This document shows positions 52,678 to 64,000 of a stretch of DNA of 64,000 bases, in pieces. The position numbers and the translations under genes were made by a program. The stretch's first letter is position 1. Each line of letters starts with the position of its first letter. Source of the DNA: Callorhinchus milii (Eukaryota); contig NW_024704742.1 in the NCBI RefSeq assembly GCF_018977255.1, positions 125,738,001 through 125,802,000 on the forward strand, given 5' to 3'. The notes below the pieces were generated by a model, which did not search any database, was not told the DNA's origin, and saw nothing but the letters and a program-made list of their open reading frames with translations.

Positions 52678-53452
52678 ACACGTCAGCAAGACCGAGGCCC
52701 TCCTGATTGGCTCGCGCCATCGCCTCCACACCACGAGCACTGGCAGCATCAGCATCCACGACTGCACACTCCACCTCACTAAGCCAGTCAGGAACCTGGG
52801 TGTCTTGTTTGACCCTGAACTGTCCTTTCTCCCCCCCATCGTGCCATGATCAGCACTGCCTACCACCACCTCCGCAACATTGCCAGACTCCGCCACTGCC
52901 TCACCCCTCAGGCTGCCGAAACCCTCACCCACGCATTTGTCACATTAAGGCCTTCCCAACATTTCCCTTCGCAAGCTGTAGATCATCGAAAACTCTGCAG
53001 CTCGTGTACTCTCGCGCATCTGGCTCCGTGACCACATCACTCCCACCCTCGACTCCACTGGCTCCCCATCCCTCAGAGGATCAAATTCAAGATCCTCGTC
53101 CTCACTTTCAAGGCCATCCATGGCCTTGCCCCCTCCTATCTCTCTGACCTGATGACTCCCTACCAACCTGCTCATTCCCCTGTTCAGCGGGCTCCCGCCT
53201 GCTCCATGTCTCCCACCCGACCCGCCCTACCATCAGTGGCTGGGCTTTCAACCTCTCTGCCCCCACACTCTGGAACTCCATCCCACAGTCCCTTTACTTC
53301 ACTTCCCCCATTGCCTCCTTCAAGGCCAGTCTCAAGATCCTCCTCTCTGATCGTGCCTTCGGTCACCCTCCCACCTCTCTGCCTTCCCTCACCCTTGCCC
53401 CACACCTCCCCCATGCTCGAGTCTTGACCCCTAACTGTCCACCACCTTGGGA
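52678..53452 (+). mobile_element. L2 3' fragment
   Basis: [21 protein letters not shown] and HLRNIARLR. Confidence 0.88.
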
Positions 53453-53589
53453 GCTGTGGGGGTAGAGAAGGAGACATGTAATCAAAAGCAGAGTCAAAAC
53501 GAAAGGCCTTAAGGCAGACTTCATAGAGAGGGAGGGCGGAGGGGGTGGGATTGAGGTCCAGAGAATTTGGGTAGAATAATAATCTTTGC

Positions 53590-53995
53590 ATTTACATTAG
53601 AATACATTAGAATATGCAGCACAGAAACAGGCCATTCGACCCAACTGGTTTTTGCCGGTGTTTATGCTCCACATGAGCCTCCTCCTGCCCTTCCTCAACT
53701 AAGCCTTCAAGCATAACCTTCTATTCCTTTTTCCCTCATGTACCTATCCAGCTTCTCTTAATACATCTATGCTATTTACCTCAACAACTCCTTGTGGTAG
53801 CATGTTCCACATTCCCACTACTCTCTGTGTGAAGAAATTTCTGCTCACTTCCCTCTTTGATCTATTTGTGACTATTTCATATTGATGCCCCCTGGTTTTG
53901 GTCTCCCCCACAAGTGGAAACATCTTCCCTTTGTCTACCCTATCAAAACCTTTCATCATTTTAAAGACCTCTATCAGGGCACCCCTTACCCCCTT
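53590..53995 (-). mobile_element. CR1 3' fragment
   Basis: ORF 53744-54100 (LIEVFKMMKGFDRV...RNFFTQRVV) and a tail reading (TACATTAGAA)n on +. Confidence 0.88.
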
Positions 53996-55879
53996 ATCCT
54001 TTGATACAGTGCCTTTCATGTTGAGAGGACATCCCAAAGCACGCAAAGGATTTTTTGCAAAGTGAAGTGACTGTGTTTCTAGGCAAACTCGACATTCCAA
54101 TTGTGCAAGTGAGCAAGCTCCTCCACCGATGTCAAAGTGGATCGGGCGGAGGACATGAAACAGGCCGGTGTTTGCAGAGCAGAGAGATCAGAGGGAAAGG
54201 TTGGGTAGTGGGTTGCAGGAGGAAACAATAGGTAGATGGTGAGGCCACGGAGGGATTTAAAGGATCATAACTTCTATCCACTCAGGAATAAGTAACAAAA
54301 TGGAGCGAGTGTATTTCATCTGATGAGTTTTACTGAGATTGATAAACCACTTTGCTCTTGCGATCAATGACACAACTATATCTGTCTGTAAGCATCACTG
54401 CCAGACAGCATAATACGGACCGCTGTATAATACGGACTGCACATAGAAATACTTTCAATCAACTGCGGATTACTTGCCGATGAACAATGCAGCAAACGCA
54501 TCATAATCTTTAATCTTCTGGTGTGAATTTTGTTACTCACAGGTCTGCCAGCCCCAGCAGACATCTGAATAACACAAAATCCCTCGGAGCAATGAAACAG
54601 CACATTAAATGAACAGTAGTCAATCATATTGTTTTGTTGTGATCTTTATTAATCAAAGTGATGACTATAAACCCAATCCAGTCTTTATTCTCCAGGTATA
54701 TCATTCGTGTCTGGATAAAATGAAACTATATACTAAAAATGCCTACCCACACTAAACTCCATACCCCCATTGCATCCTATCTATCCAGGCTCCACTCCCT
54801 ATCACCGATTGATTTCAAGATCCTCACAATTAAATCCCTTGCTACCCTGTGACCTCCCTACCTCTCTGACTTTCTTACTCTCCAATCCACTACCCATTGC
54901 TTACATCGATGGCCTCACTTTCAGCCACTACGCCCCGAAACTCTAAAACACTCAAGCTGTCCACTTTGTCTCCTACTTCCCCATCTTCAGGCCGCACCCG
55001 AAGAACTTCCTCTTCGATCGTTCCCATGATCACCTCCCCCTGGCTCAAGCGCTCTGGGCCACTGCCTGCGTGTGGGGCGCTAAATAAATGCAAGTTGTTG
55101 TTGTTGTATATCTTGGTGCTGGTGATTTAAAACATCTGCGGTTTAAATTGCTTCCAATCTGATAAAGGAGATCTCCCTGATCATACAATGCTTTGCAGCA
55201 TTGACCTCCTGAGTGAAACTGGCACAGATGCATAATGATTATATAAGCAGAGGGAGAAGAAAAAAAAGACAAGGGACTATAGAGCAGTCAGGATCAGGGC
55301 ACCAGGGGCAGGATATTACAGGAATATAACTGTTACTGACACAGCTAATTAATTTACAATCATGCACAAAACTCCGGACCCCCATCACACCAGACCTTGC
55401 CAGGCTGCAATGTCCGAACGGATCGACTTCAAGATCCTCCTCTCTTTTCAAATCCCTTCATGCCCTCGCACCTCCCAACCTTTCCGACTTGCTCACCCCC
55501 CACTCCACCACCCAGCCCCTCCGCTCCACCATTGGCAGCCATTTAGTCACATTTAGTCACAGCGCCCCGAAGCTCTGGTACTCTCTCCTCTAATCCCTCC
55601 GCCTTGCCCCCTCCCTCCCGACTTTCAAATCCCACCTAAAGCCCTTCCTTTTTGATCGTGCTTACGGTCAGGCTTGCGGTCACTTAGAAAACACCTGCTG
55701 AGACAGACACCATGTGGAACCAGACAGGACACCAGAGCTTTATTCCTTCCACTGCTCACTGTCATCAAAACACCAGCATTTATCTGAACAAAGTGCAAGG
55801 TGAAAGCTGCACCTTTCCCTAATTGCTCTTGTGCAATGACTTATTTCTTGTGTCAATAACGTTTGGGCTCAAAGTTTCT

Positions 55880-56274
55880 GCTGGAGGGGAGAGTGAGGGG
55901 AAGGGGTGGTGGGTGGTGCTGGAGGTGGTAGAGAAGAGGTTGCATTTTCGATCAGGAGAGATCGCTACATGCGCACGTTTTAACCTTCAGGAAGAAGAGA
56001 CGACAGAGGAAACCGAGAGAGAGAGAGAGAGAGAGAGAAAAAGGAGGGGGTTGAGTGCAGACAGGAGGAGTGCAGACACACCGAGAGAGAGAGAGAGAGA
56101 GATTGAGGATACACACACACACGCACACAGGAAAGAGAAGACGGGGGGAGACTGAAGAATAGAGGAAGTAACATTAAAGAGAGAGAGAGAGAAGTCAAGA
56201 GAATCAGACAGAGACGCGATCAGAAAGACCAGGGAGGTCTGTGAATCCCAGTCACCATCACCACTGAGGTCAAC
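55880..56274 (+). promoter_or_regulatory. Probable promoter/5' UTR with (GA)n and (CA)n tracts
   Basis: Non-TE, purine-rich sequence with retained CpGs (ATCGCTACATGCGCACG, GACGCGATC) directly upstream of an ATG exon. The start site cannot be determined. Confidence 0.5.
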
Positions 56275-56347
56275 ATGAGCAACGCACGAGTGACACACAG
56301 CATCTCCACCATCTACCTGCTCCTCCTCTGCTGCCAGGTGCACCCAG
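56275..56347 (+). CDS. Probable first coding exon (signal peptide) of an unidentified secreted or membrane protein
   Basis: CAACATG with A at -3. Encodes MSNARVTHSISTIYLLLLCCQVHP plus 1 nt, with a hydrophobic core and C/G-rich third positions. Ends at a CAG|GTAAAG phase-1 donor. No in-frame exon 2 found in the window. Confidence 0.65.
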
Positions 56348-58835
56348 GTAAAGCCTCCAGATCTGGGTTAGGAGGAGGGGAGGGTAGGATGGGGAGGGAG
56401 GAGGAGGAGGAGGGGGGGTAGAGATTGTTATTTAACTGTCTTTGGTCGATACAAGTCATCCCACCAAAGCAGCCTCTCAGCCACATCAGCCTCACGTTTG
56501 CTCTGCGAACCCATCTGTTCTGAGATGGTACGAGTTTAAAGCGAAACAACCGGTGGATCAACGCCTCCTACACGATGGTGGAGATTTTTTTTTTTTTTTT
56601 GGGGGGGTGAGAAATATGTATTTTTTGGGGTATATTAAATGCAACAATGCGCGTTTTTTTTTTTGTAGCTCTTAGCCTTGCATTTCTCTCCCCCATCCTC
56701 CTCCTCCTCCTCCTCCCTCTCGTGTTACTGACTCACCGACAATTCACCTTTGCTGCAGAGAAACATGTCCTTGATACGTGACAAAGCAACACTGGCCAGA
56801 AACCTGCCCAGCACATGGGGAGCCAACATGTTCCTGAAGGTTTCATCAAAAGTGGATAGAACGGATTGTTATTATAGTGGAAAAGAATCCAGCAATAAAG
56901 ATGGTTAATAATAATAATAATAATAATCCTTGCATTTGATATAGCCCGTTATCACGTCGTTGAGACGTCTCAAAGCGCTTCACAGGATATGTTGTAAAAA
57001 TGGATTGACTGTGGATAAGGGCTCTGGGGGAAAAGACAGATGAATGGCTTGAACCATTACTCTTTCAAAGAGTACCATACACAAAATGTCCCTCTCTGTG
57101 CTGCTTATTTTTGTGTTTCTTAACAGTTTGCCAGTACGTAAAGTGGTATGTTTTGACTGGCGCGAGATTATTTTTTATCCAAATGTGTAAGAATCCGCAG
57201 AATAATGGAAGTTTAAAAAAATGTACAGCGGAGACGGTGGTGGTGGTGGGGGGAGGGGGGGATTGAAATAATAATAATTACATTTTGTATTTGATATAGC
57301 ACCTTATCACGTGTTTGAAATGTCTCAAGGGCTTCACAGAATATGGTGTACATATATATAAAAAACAAAAAGAAAAAAAATATATATAGAATATATTGAA
57401 ATCTTACATGATCAAAATAATTAAACTTCTGTCGGGCAATGTCCCACAATATTTAAAGTCACCCTACGGTTTGCTTAAGTATGACACTGTCTCTGCCATA
57501 ACATGATTGTAAACATTACTTTGCTCTGTGTACGTGGCAGGATATAGCTTGATAACCACTTGGCACAATTCTTGCTCAACCCCAGTTACTAAATCATTTG
57601 ATGGTTTTCGACTTAGTTGTGTGCAGCTTTGCATTGCTGCTCAGTCTAGATTGTCACATCAGGATGGGCGTACATTATTTTCGCTCAGTTGGTAGCGCTA
57701 TCTTCTCTGCATCAGAAGGATGTGGGTTCAAGCCGGATGCCCGGATTTGCACTCATACTCCATGCTGATGCTCCAGTGCAGTATTGGGTGAGCACTGACT
57801 GCACTGTTTGGGTTGCTGTTTTTCAGGTGGCCTGTTCAGGTAGACATTAAAAGTAAACTCCTGATAACTCGTCACACGAAAGGAAAAGTTGAGCTGTGTT
57901 GCTTCATGCTGAGCTGTGTTGCCCACCAAGGAAGCTTGCAGGGAGTTCCTGGTATCTACCATCTACTTAGTGAGGGCTCAAACTCCCACGTGTCAGAGGT
58001 CAAATGACCAACTAGTGACTATCCTCCGTGGGGGGGAGGAAAGCGGGGTCTTCTTGGAGTTGAATTGGCTCCAAGGTGACATGTTTGGCAACAAGGTTGA
58101 GTGATCCCCCTGTAGGGGATTCAGTAGTCTGGTTCCTGAGACAGGCACATCCACAGCACTCCAGGGCTTTGCTGATGGTAGCATAGACAGCCTGGCTCAT
58201 CGGCAGGACTTGGAAAGGCAGACCAGTCACTTGAACCAGGGATTCTTCTCATTCAGCTCCTGTTAACTTTGCAAGCTAAATCCCCAATGGTCCTAGATGG
58301 ACAAACCATGGAAAGCTTGCCAGGCAGTGTGCTCAATAGCAAGCTATATGGTTTTAGCTGTTTAGACTCCCAACACACACTCCGGGGACGCCAAGCCTTG
58401 GCTCTTGCCAAACTGCACCTAATACTTTCTGGAATTAGGTAACCAGGATGTGTCCCTCTGGGGAGAGAGTGCACATTCCTTTCAAACAATTTATCTCTAG
58501 AATTTCCATGTGTAGATGCGATGCAAGGAATTCTCAGTTTGTGTTGGATATTCTTATTCTTAAGCATGGTGATGGGTTTCCGCATGTGGCAGACATCTGG
58601 CTGACCAAAAAGAAAGGGGAAAGGGCTCAGTGATGAGTTGTCCAGAGTGGCGAGTTAGGCATATGTATAAATATATAAATAAATACGGTTGGGGAATTGA
58701 CAGGATGATGACTTAAGTAATAGCGACAAGTTAAGCCAGGGTCGAGTTATCAGGAGTTTCCTATATATCATTACAATATTGAAAAGAGAAGGTCAATAAT
58801 TCTACAGATAAATTGGTTATTCACTTTATGGCCAC

Positions 58836-61800
58836 TTAGAATACATTAAAATATACAGCACAGAAACAGGCCATTCAGCCCAACTGGTCTATGCTGGTGT
58901 TTATGCTCCACATGAGCCTCCTCCTGCTCTTCCTCAACTAAACTTTCAAGCGTACATAGGAACATAGGAATTAGGAGCGAGAGTAGGCCATTCTAGTAAA
59001 TCTATGTTGCAACCCCTCCAAGGCAAGTATGTCATTTCTTAAATAAGGAGACCAAAACTGCACACAATATTCTAGGTGCGGTCTCACCAAGGCCCTACAC
59101 AGTTGCAGCAAGACTTTCCTACTCTAAACCTTTGCAATAAACGACAACATGGCATTAGCCTTCCTAGTTGCTTGCTGTACCTGCATACTACCTTTTTGTG
59201 ACTGGTGTACAAGGACACCCAAATCCCTCTGAACACTAACGCTATCTAGTCTCTCCCCCTCTAGAAAATAATCTGCTTTTCTGTTTTTACTAGCTAGGGG
59301 AATAACTTCACACTTCTCCACATTATATGCCATCTGCCACCTTCTTGCCCACTCACCTAGCCTATCTATATCCCTTTGCAATCTTTTTGTGTCATCCTCA
59401 GAGTTTACTCTCCCACCTAGCTTAGTATCACCCGTGAATTTAGATATTTTAAGTTCTATGTCCTCATCTAGATCATTGATATAGATTGTAAATATAACCT
59501 TCTATTCCTTTCTTCCTCATGTACCTATCTAGCTTTCCCTTAAATATATCTATGCTATTTGCCTTCAACAACTCCTTGTGGTAGCATATTCCACATTCCC
59601 TTTACACTCTGTGTGAAGAAATTTCTTCTAACTTCCCTATTTGATGTATTTGTGACTATTTTATATTGATGGCCCCTGGTTTTGGCCTCCCCCATAAGTG
59701 GAAACATCTTCCTTATGTCTACCCTATCAAAACTTTTCATAATTTTATAGACCTCTATCAGGGCACCCCTTACCCTCCTCTTTTCAAGAGAAAAGAGTCC
59801 AAGCATGTTCAGCCTTTCCTGACAGGTATAACCTCTCAGGTCTGGGATCTCCTTGTGAATTTTCTTTGCACCCTCTCCAGTGCCTCTACATCCCTCCTAT
59901 AAGTGGGGACCAGAACTGCACACAGTATTCTTTCGCCCACAAATATAAGGTCAATTCACTTTGCAGTCTATTGTGTGAAGCGCTTTGAGACGTCTAGAAG
60001 ACATGAAAAGCGCTATATCAAATGCAAAGATTATTATTATTATTAAGTGTGGTCTAACCAAGGTTCTACAAAAGTTTACCATAACTTCCCTGCTTTTCAT
60101 TTCTATCCCTCTAGAAATGAATCCCAATGTCTGGTTTGCCTTTTTTATGGCCTTATTAACCTGGGTTGCTACTTTTAGTGAATTGTGTATGTCTATCCCT
60201 AGATTCCTTTGCTCCTCTACCCCATTTAGGTTTTTATTTTCCAGGATGCATACGACTTCTTTATTCCTTCTACCAAAATGTACCACCTCACATTTTTCTA
60301 CATTTGAAATGCATTTGCCATTTAAATGTCCATTCAGCACGTTTATTAATGACTTACTGTAATTTGTTGCAGTCCTCCTCTATACTATAATCCGGGACAG
60401 AATAAATCTTCAATTAGAAGAATATGGGTTAATTAGGGACAGCAAGCACAGATTTGTTAAAGGCAAATCTTTTCTAACAAATCTAATAGAATTTTTCAAT
60501 GAGGGGGTAAAATAACTGAGAGACCTGGGGGTTCAGGTAAATGAATCCTTGAAGGCGGCAGGACAGGTAGATAAAGCTGTGAAAAGGGCGTATGGGATAC
60601 CAGACTTTATAAATAGGGGCATAGAGTACAAGAGTCAGGAGGTTATGATTAACCTATAGAAAACACTGGTTGCCTAATATTGCCTAATATTCAGTTAGAA
60701 TATTACGCCCAATTCTGGGCACCACACTATAGGAAGGATGTTAAGGCATTGGAAAGGGTGCAGAGGAGATTTACGAGGATGGTACCAGGAATGATGGACC
60801 TTGATTATGAGGAAAGGCTACAGAGGTTAGGATTATTCTCATTGGAGCAGAGAAGGTTACGAAGAGACCTAATAGAGGTCTTCAAAATCATGAGGCGGTT
60901 TGATAGGTTAGAAAGGGAAAAACTGTTTCCACTGGTGGGTGTGTCGGTGACTCGAGGTCACAGATTTAAAATAGTCTCTAAAAGAAGCAGAGAGGAGGTG
61001 AGAAGAATTTTTTTCACACAGCGAGTTGTTCGAATCTGGAACGCATTGCCTGAAAGGGTGGTCGAGGCCGATTTGATAACAACTTTTAAAAACACGGTAG
61101 ATGGGTATTTGAGGAGGACGGATTTGCAGGATTATGGGGAAAGGGCTGGGCAGTGGGATTGATATTACATTGCTCATCTCAAAGAGCTGGCACAAACTCG
61201 ATGGGCCGAATGGCCTCTTTTTGTTCTGTATGATTGTATGATTCTATAATTCTATGATTCTATATTAACTACTCCGCCAATTTGGTGTCGTCTGCAAATT
61301 TTGAAATTGGCCTGCTGATTCCTGAGTCCAAATCATTAATGTATATTGTGAACAACAGTGGTCCCAATACCGATCCTTGTGGAACACCACTGCCCACCCC
61401 CTGCCAGTCTGAGTAACTACCCTTTACCCCTACTCTGTTTCTGTTTTATAGCCAGCTTGCTATCCATTCTGTTATTTTTTCCCTAACTCCACATGCTCTG
61501 ACCTTATTCATTAGTCTATTATGTGGTACCTTATCGAAAGCCTTTTGGAAATCTAAATGTATTACATCTACCACATTACCCTTGTCTAGTCTTTCTGTTA
61601 CCCCTTCAAAGAATTCAATAAAGTTGGTCAAGCATGACCTTCCTATTTGAAATCCGTGCTGACTATTCTTTATTATGTTTTCTGTTTCTAGATGTTTTTC
61701 AATTATCCCCTTCAGTAAGGATTCCATTGCTTTCCTACTACCAATGTTAAGCTGACAGGTCTGTAGTTCCCTGGGCTTGTTCTATCTCCCTTTTTAAATA

Positions 61801-62030
61801 TAAGCATAACATTAGCTATCCTCCAGTCCTCTGGTACTACTCCCTCTTCTAATGAGTTATTATATATGTGTAATAGTACCTCTGCTATCTCTTCCCTCGA
61901 TTCTCTTAATATACATGGATACAATCCATCTGGACCAGGGGTTTTATCCTCTCTGAGTTTCGTTAGTTTTTCGATTATCTCCCCTTTGTATCTTAAATGT
62001 ATTTATATTATTTTCAATCTCTTCTTCTAC
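58836..62030 (-). mobile_element. Host CR1 (RT plus 3' end) carrying three nested insertions
   Basis: Minus-strand ORFs 61712-61924, 61446-61727 (QHGF, LDFQKAFDKVPH), 59951-60340 and 59555-59806, with the tail at 58836. Nested inserts: CR1 (-) about 58954-59492, SINE 3' part (+) about 59930-60043, and CR1 (+) 60385-61263. Confidence 0.9.
60385..61263 (+). mobile_element. 5'-truncated CR1 inserted antisense in the host CR1
   Basis: ORF 60680-61162, an (ATTCTATG)-type tail, and TCTATA on both sides (60379-60384 and 61259-61264). Confidence 0.92.
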
Positions 62031-63084
62031 TTGTGGGAGTTTGTTTTGTGCGAAGTATCTGCCCACAAATCCACAGAGTCCTCACTTGACAGCGACTATT
62101 GTTAAGTGTAGTGACTGAACATTTGTATGTGAACCGAACAGCCAATTTGCACACAGCAATGTCCTACAAACAGCATTAAGTGAATGACCAATTTTACTTT
62201 TTAGCCAGAATACCAGGAGAAACTCCCTTCTGTTTTTGAATACTGCCGTGAGATCTTTAATATCCAGCTGCATACGCAGATGGAAATTCAGTTTAACATC
62301 AAATGTGAAGGATTTACTGTAAAGTGTAGGGACTATTTTGTAGGCAAAACATAGACATTGTGATATCAATAGCATTAAAATGTAGATGTGACCACATTTT
62401 CTAAAATGGGCCTAGATTGTCTTTACTTGCATTTTCTTCTGTGAAGAGGTAGGTTTGTTTTATCGCAGAGGCTAAGCTATGTTTTCTGGAATAACCAGCT
62501 ATGAAAACAATGCTACAATCCACCATATGAGCTGTCAGGACAAGCTCATGTTGCAGCAGCTGCTAAAGCACAGAATTTGCAATTAGATCTTCATATAAAT
62601 GTTTTATTAAAAGAGATAGCAGCCATAGAATGAAGGTCTTTCAATGCAGTTTCTCCTCCCCCTCCGATCATTTGTATCACCTTTATTTGCAAAACAAAAC
62701 GATCGGAACATCAGTCTGTATTACTCTTAGCTCTAGGTTACAGGGTTATGGACCTGAGAAACGCCGTAAGGCTTGAAGATACAATCTAGTCTGAAAATTG
62801 AGAACATTGCTGGTAGAGAGCTGCATTGTTGGAATACAGTAGTTGCTGTTCAATGAGATCTTGATTGCCTTTTCTGAAATCCTGTCTACACTTGAATGAT
62901 ATGTCACCCTCCTATTCTAAGGTCCTGTCATCTATTCTGGTGATCCTGCTGGATGGTTAAGGCCCTATTAATGTCACTTTTTTTAAAAAAGTGGCAAAAT
63001 AGTGACATGGCCTTGACCAATATTCCTCCCTCATCTAAAATTCATCTGAAACTCAGAATAACTGGCTTTTAACTTGTTATAAGT

Positions 63085-63490
63085 CAGCCGGATGAACTGG
63101 TAGCTGGTACTCTTTCCTCTGAATCAGAAGGTTGTGGTTCATGTCCCACATCAGGACTTGGAATCACATTATCTAACCTGACACTCCAGTGCAGTTCTGG
63201 GGAAGTGTTGCATTGTTGGAGGCATCACCCTATGGATGAGACAGTAACCCGAGATCCCTTCCGCTGTTCAGGTGAACGTTAAAGATCCCATGGCACTATT
63301 CGATAAGAGAAGAACATCTCCCGATGTTCTGGCCAACAATCCCCCAAATACGATTGGCCACTCACGTCTGTTTGTGGGATATTGCTGTGTGCAACTAGCT
63401 GCCGAATTTCGCCCACAAAATACACAGTCAATCTACTTTACAGTATATCCTTTGAAGTGCTTTGAGACGTCTCGATGACGTGATAAGACG
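63085..63490 (+). mobile_element. Old SacSINE1/DeuSINE-like SINE
   Basis: CTCTGAATCAGAAGGTTGTGG...CTGACACTCCAGTGCAG...AAAGATCCCATGGCACTATT followed by the Deu-like core. Confidence 0.8.
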
Positions 63491-63639
63491 CGAAGATTGC
63501 TGGTACAAAATACTTGACACATTTGGTTATGTAAAGACGGTAACTACTTTAAAGTAATTCACCATCTGAAACACTTTTATACATTTCAATTTGATGCTGT
63601 GTTGTATCAAATGCATTATTATTTTACTTATTGAAGATG

Positions 63640-63950
63640 GCACAGAAACAGGCTATTCAGACCAAATAGTCCATACTGGTGCTTATACCCCACATGGAGT
63701 TTCACCCTACCTATTCACCTCTATTTCTTCCTCCCTCATGTATGTATCATCTTTGCTCATAAATGCATTCAAGCTTTCTGTTTCAACCACATCTTCCGTC
63801 AATTAGTTCCAAATTCTCACAACCCTGCGCATAAAGAAGTTCCCCCCAAACTTCCTTTTAGATCTGCTATTATCTATCTTACATTCATGCCTCCTTTGTT
63901 TTGGGCTCACCAACAAATATTGGAAACACCCTGTCAACATTCACCTTATA
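63640..63950 (-). mobile_element. CR1 3' fragment
   Basis: GCACAGAAACAGGCTATTC... as in the 53590 and 58836 copies. Confidence 0.7.
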
Positions 63951-64000
63951 TCCACGACTGTTTGTGGGACACTGCTGTGTGCAATTGGCTGTCGTGTTTT

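Noticed and set aside
56745..56840. Possible exon 2 after TTTGCTGCAG
   Set aside because: Splicing from the phase-1 donor reaches a stop within 8 codons. The acceptor-like site at about 62468 fails in the same way.
57900..58620. GC-richer unique block with several short ORFs
   Set aside because: Only a faint ISKALE resemblance to LINE RT, too weak to call.
59498..59854. Segment missing from the 45-kb copy as a spliced intron
   Set aside because: No GT-AG boundaries on either strand. It is bounded by CCTT microhomology.

Overview
Repeat-dense vertebrate DNA, most likely from a cartilaginous fish and possibly a holocephalan; this is inferred only from the repeat content. The window is dominated by CR1 and L2 LINEs and tRNA-derived DeuSINE/SacSINE1-like SINEs, plus a few palindromic MITE-like elements. 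Nearly all ORFs in the track are LINE/SINE fragments or noise. Three non-trivial items stand out. (1) A decayed, intronless THAP1 retrocopy at about 519-1000 (-). (2) A probable first coding exon of an unidentified signal-peptide protein at 56275-56347 (+), preceded by a GA/CA-repeat-rich leader. (3) A 1.7-kb insert at 44802-46505 that copies a nested-repeat stack at 59221-61263. The insert ends exactly at a CR1 3' tail, sits in an L2 between a probable 5-bp target-site duplication, and shares a 490-bp identical core with the donor. This is best read as a local CR1-tail-primed retrotransposition carrying upstream flank, followed by ectopic gene conversion. No complete gene, CRISPR array or prokaryotic system is present. 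Repeat boundaries were set by eye and are approximate.
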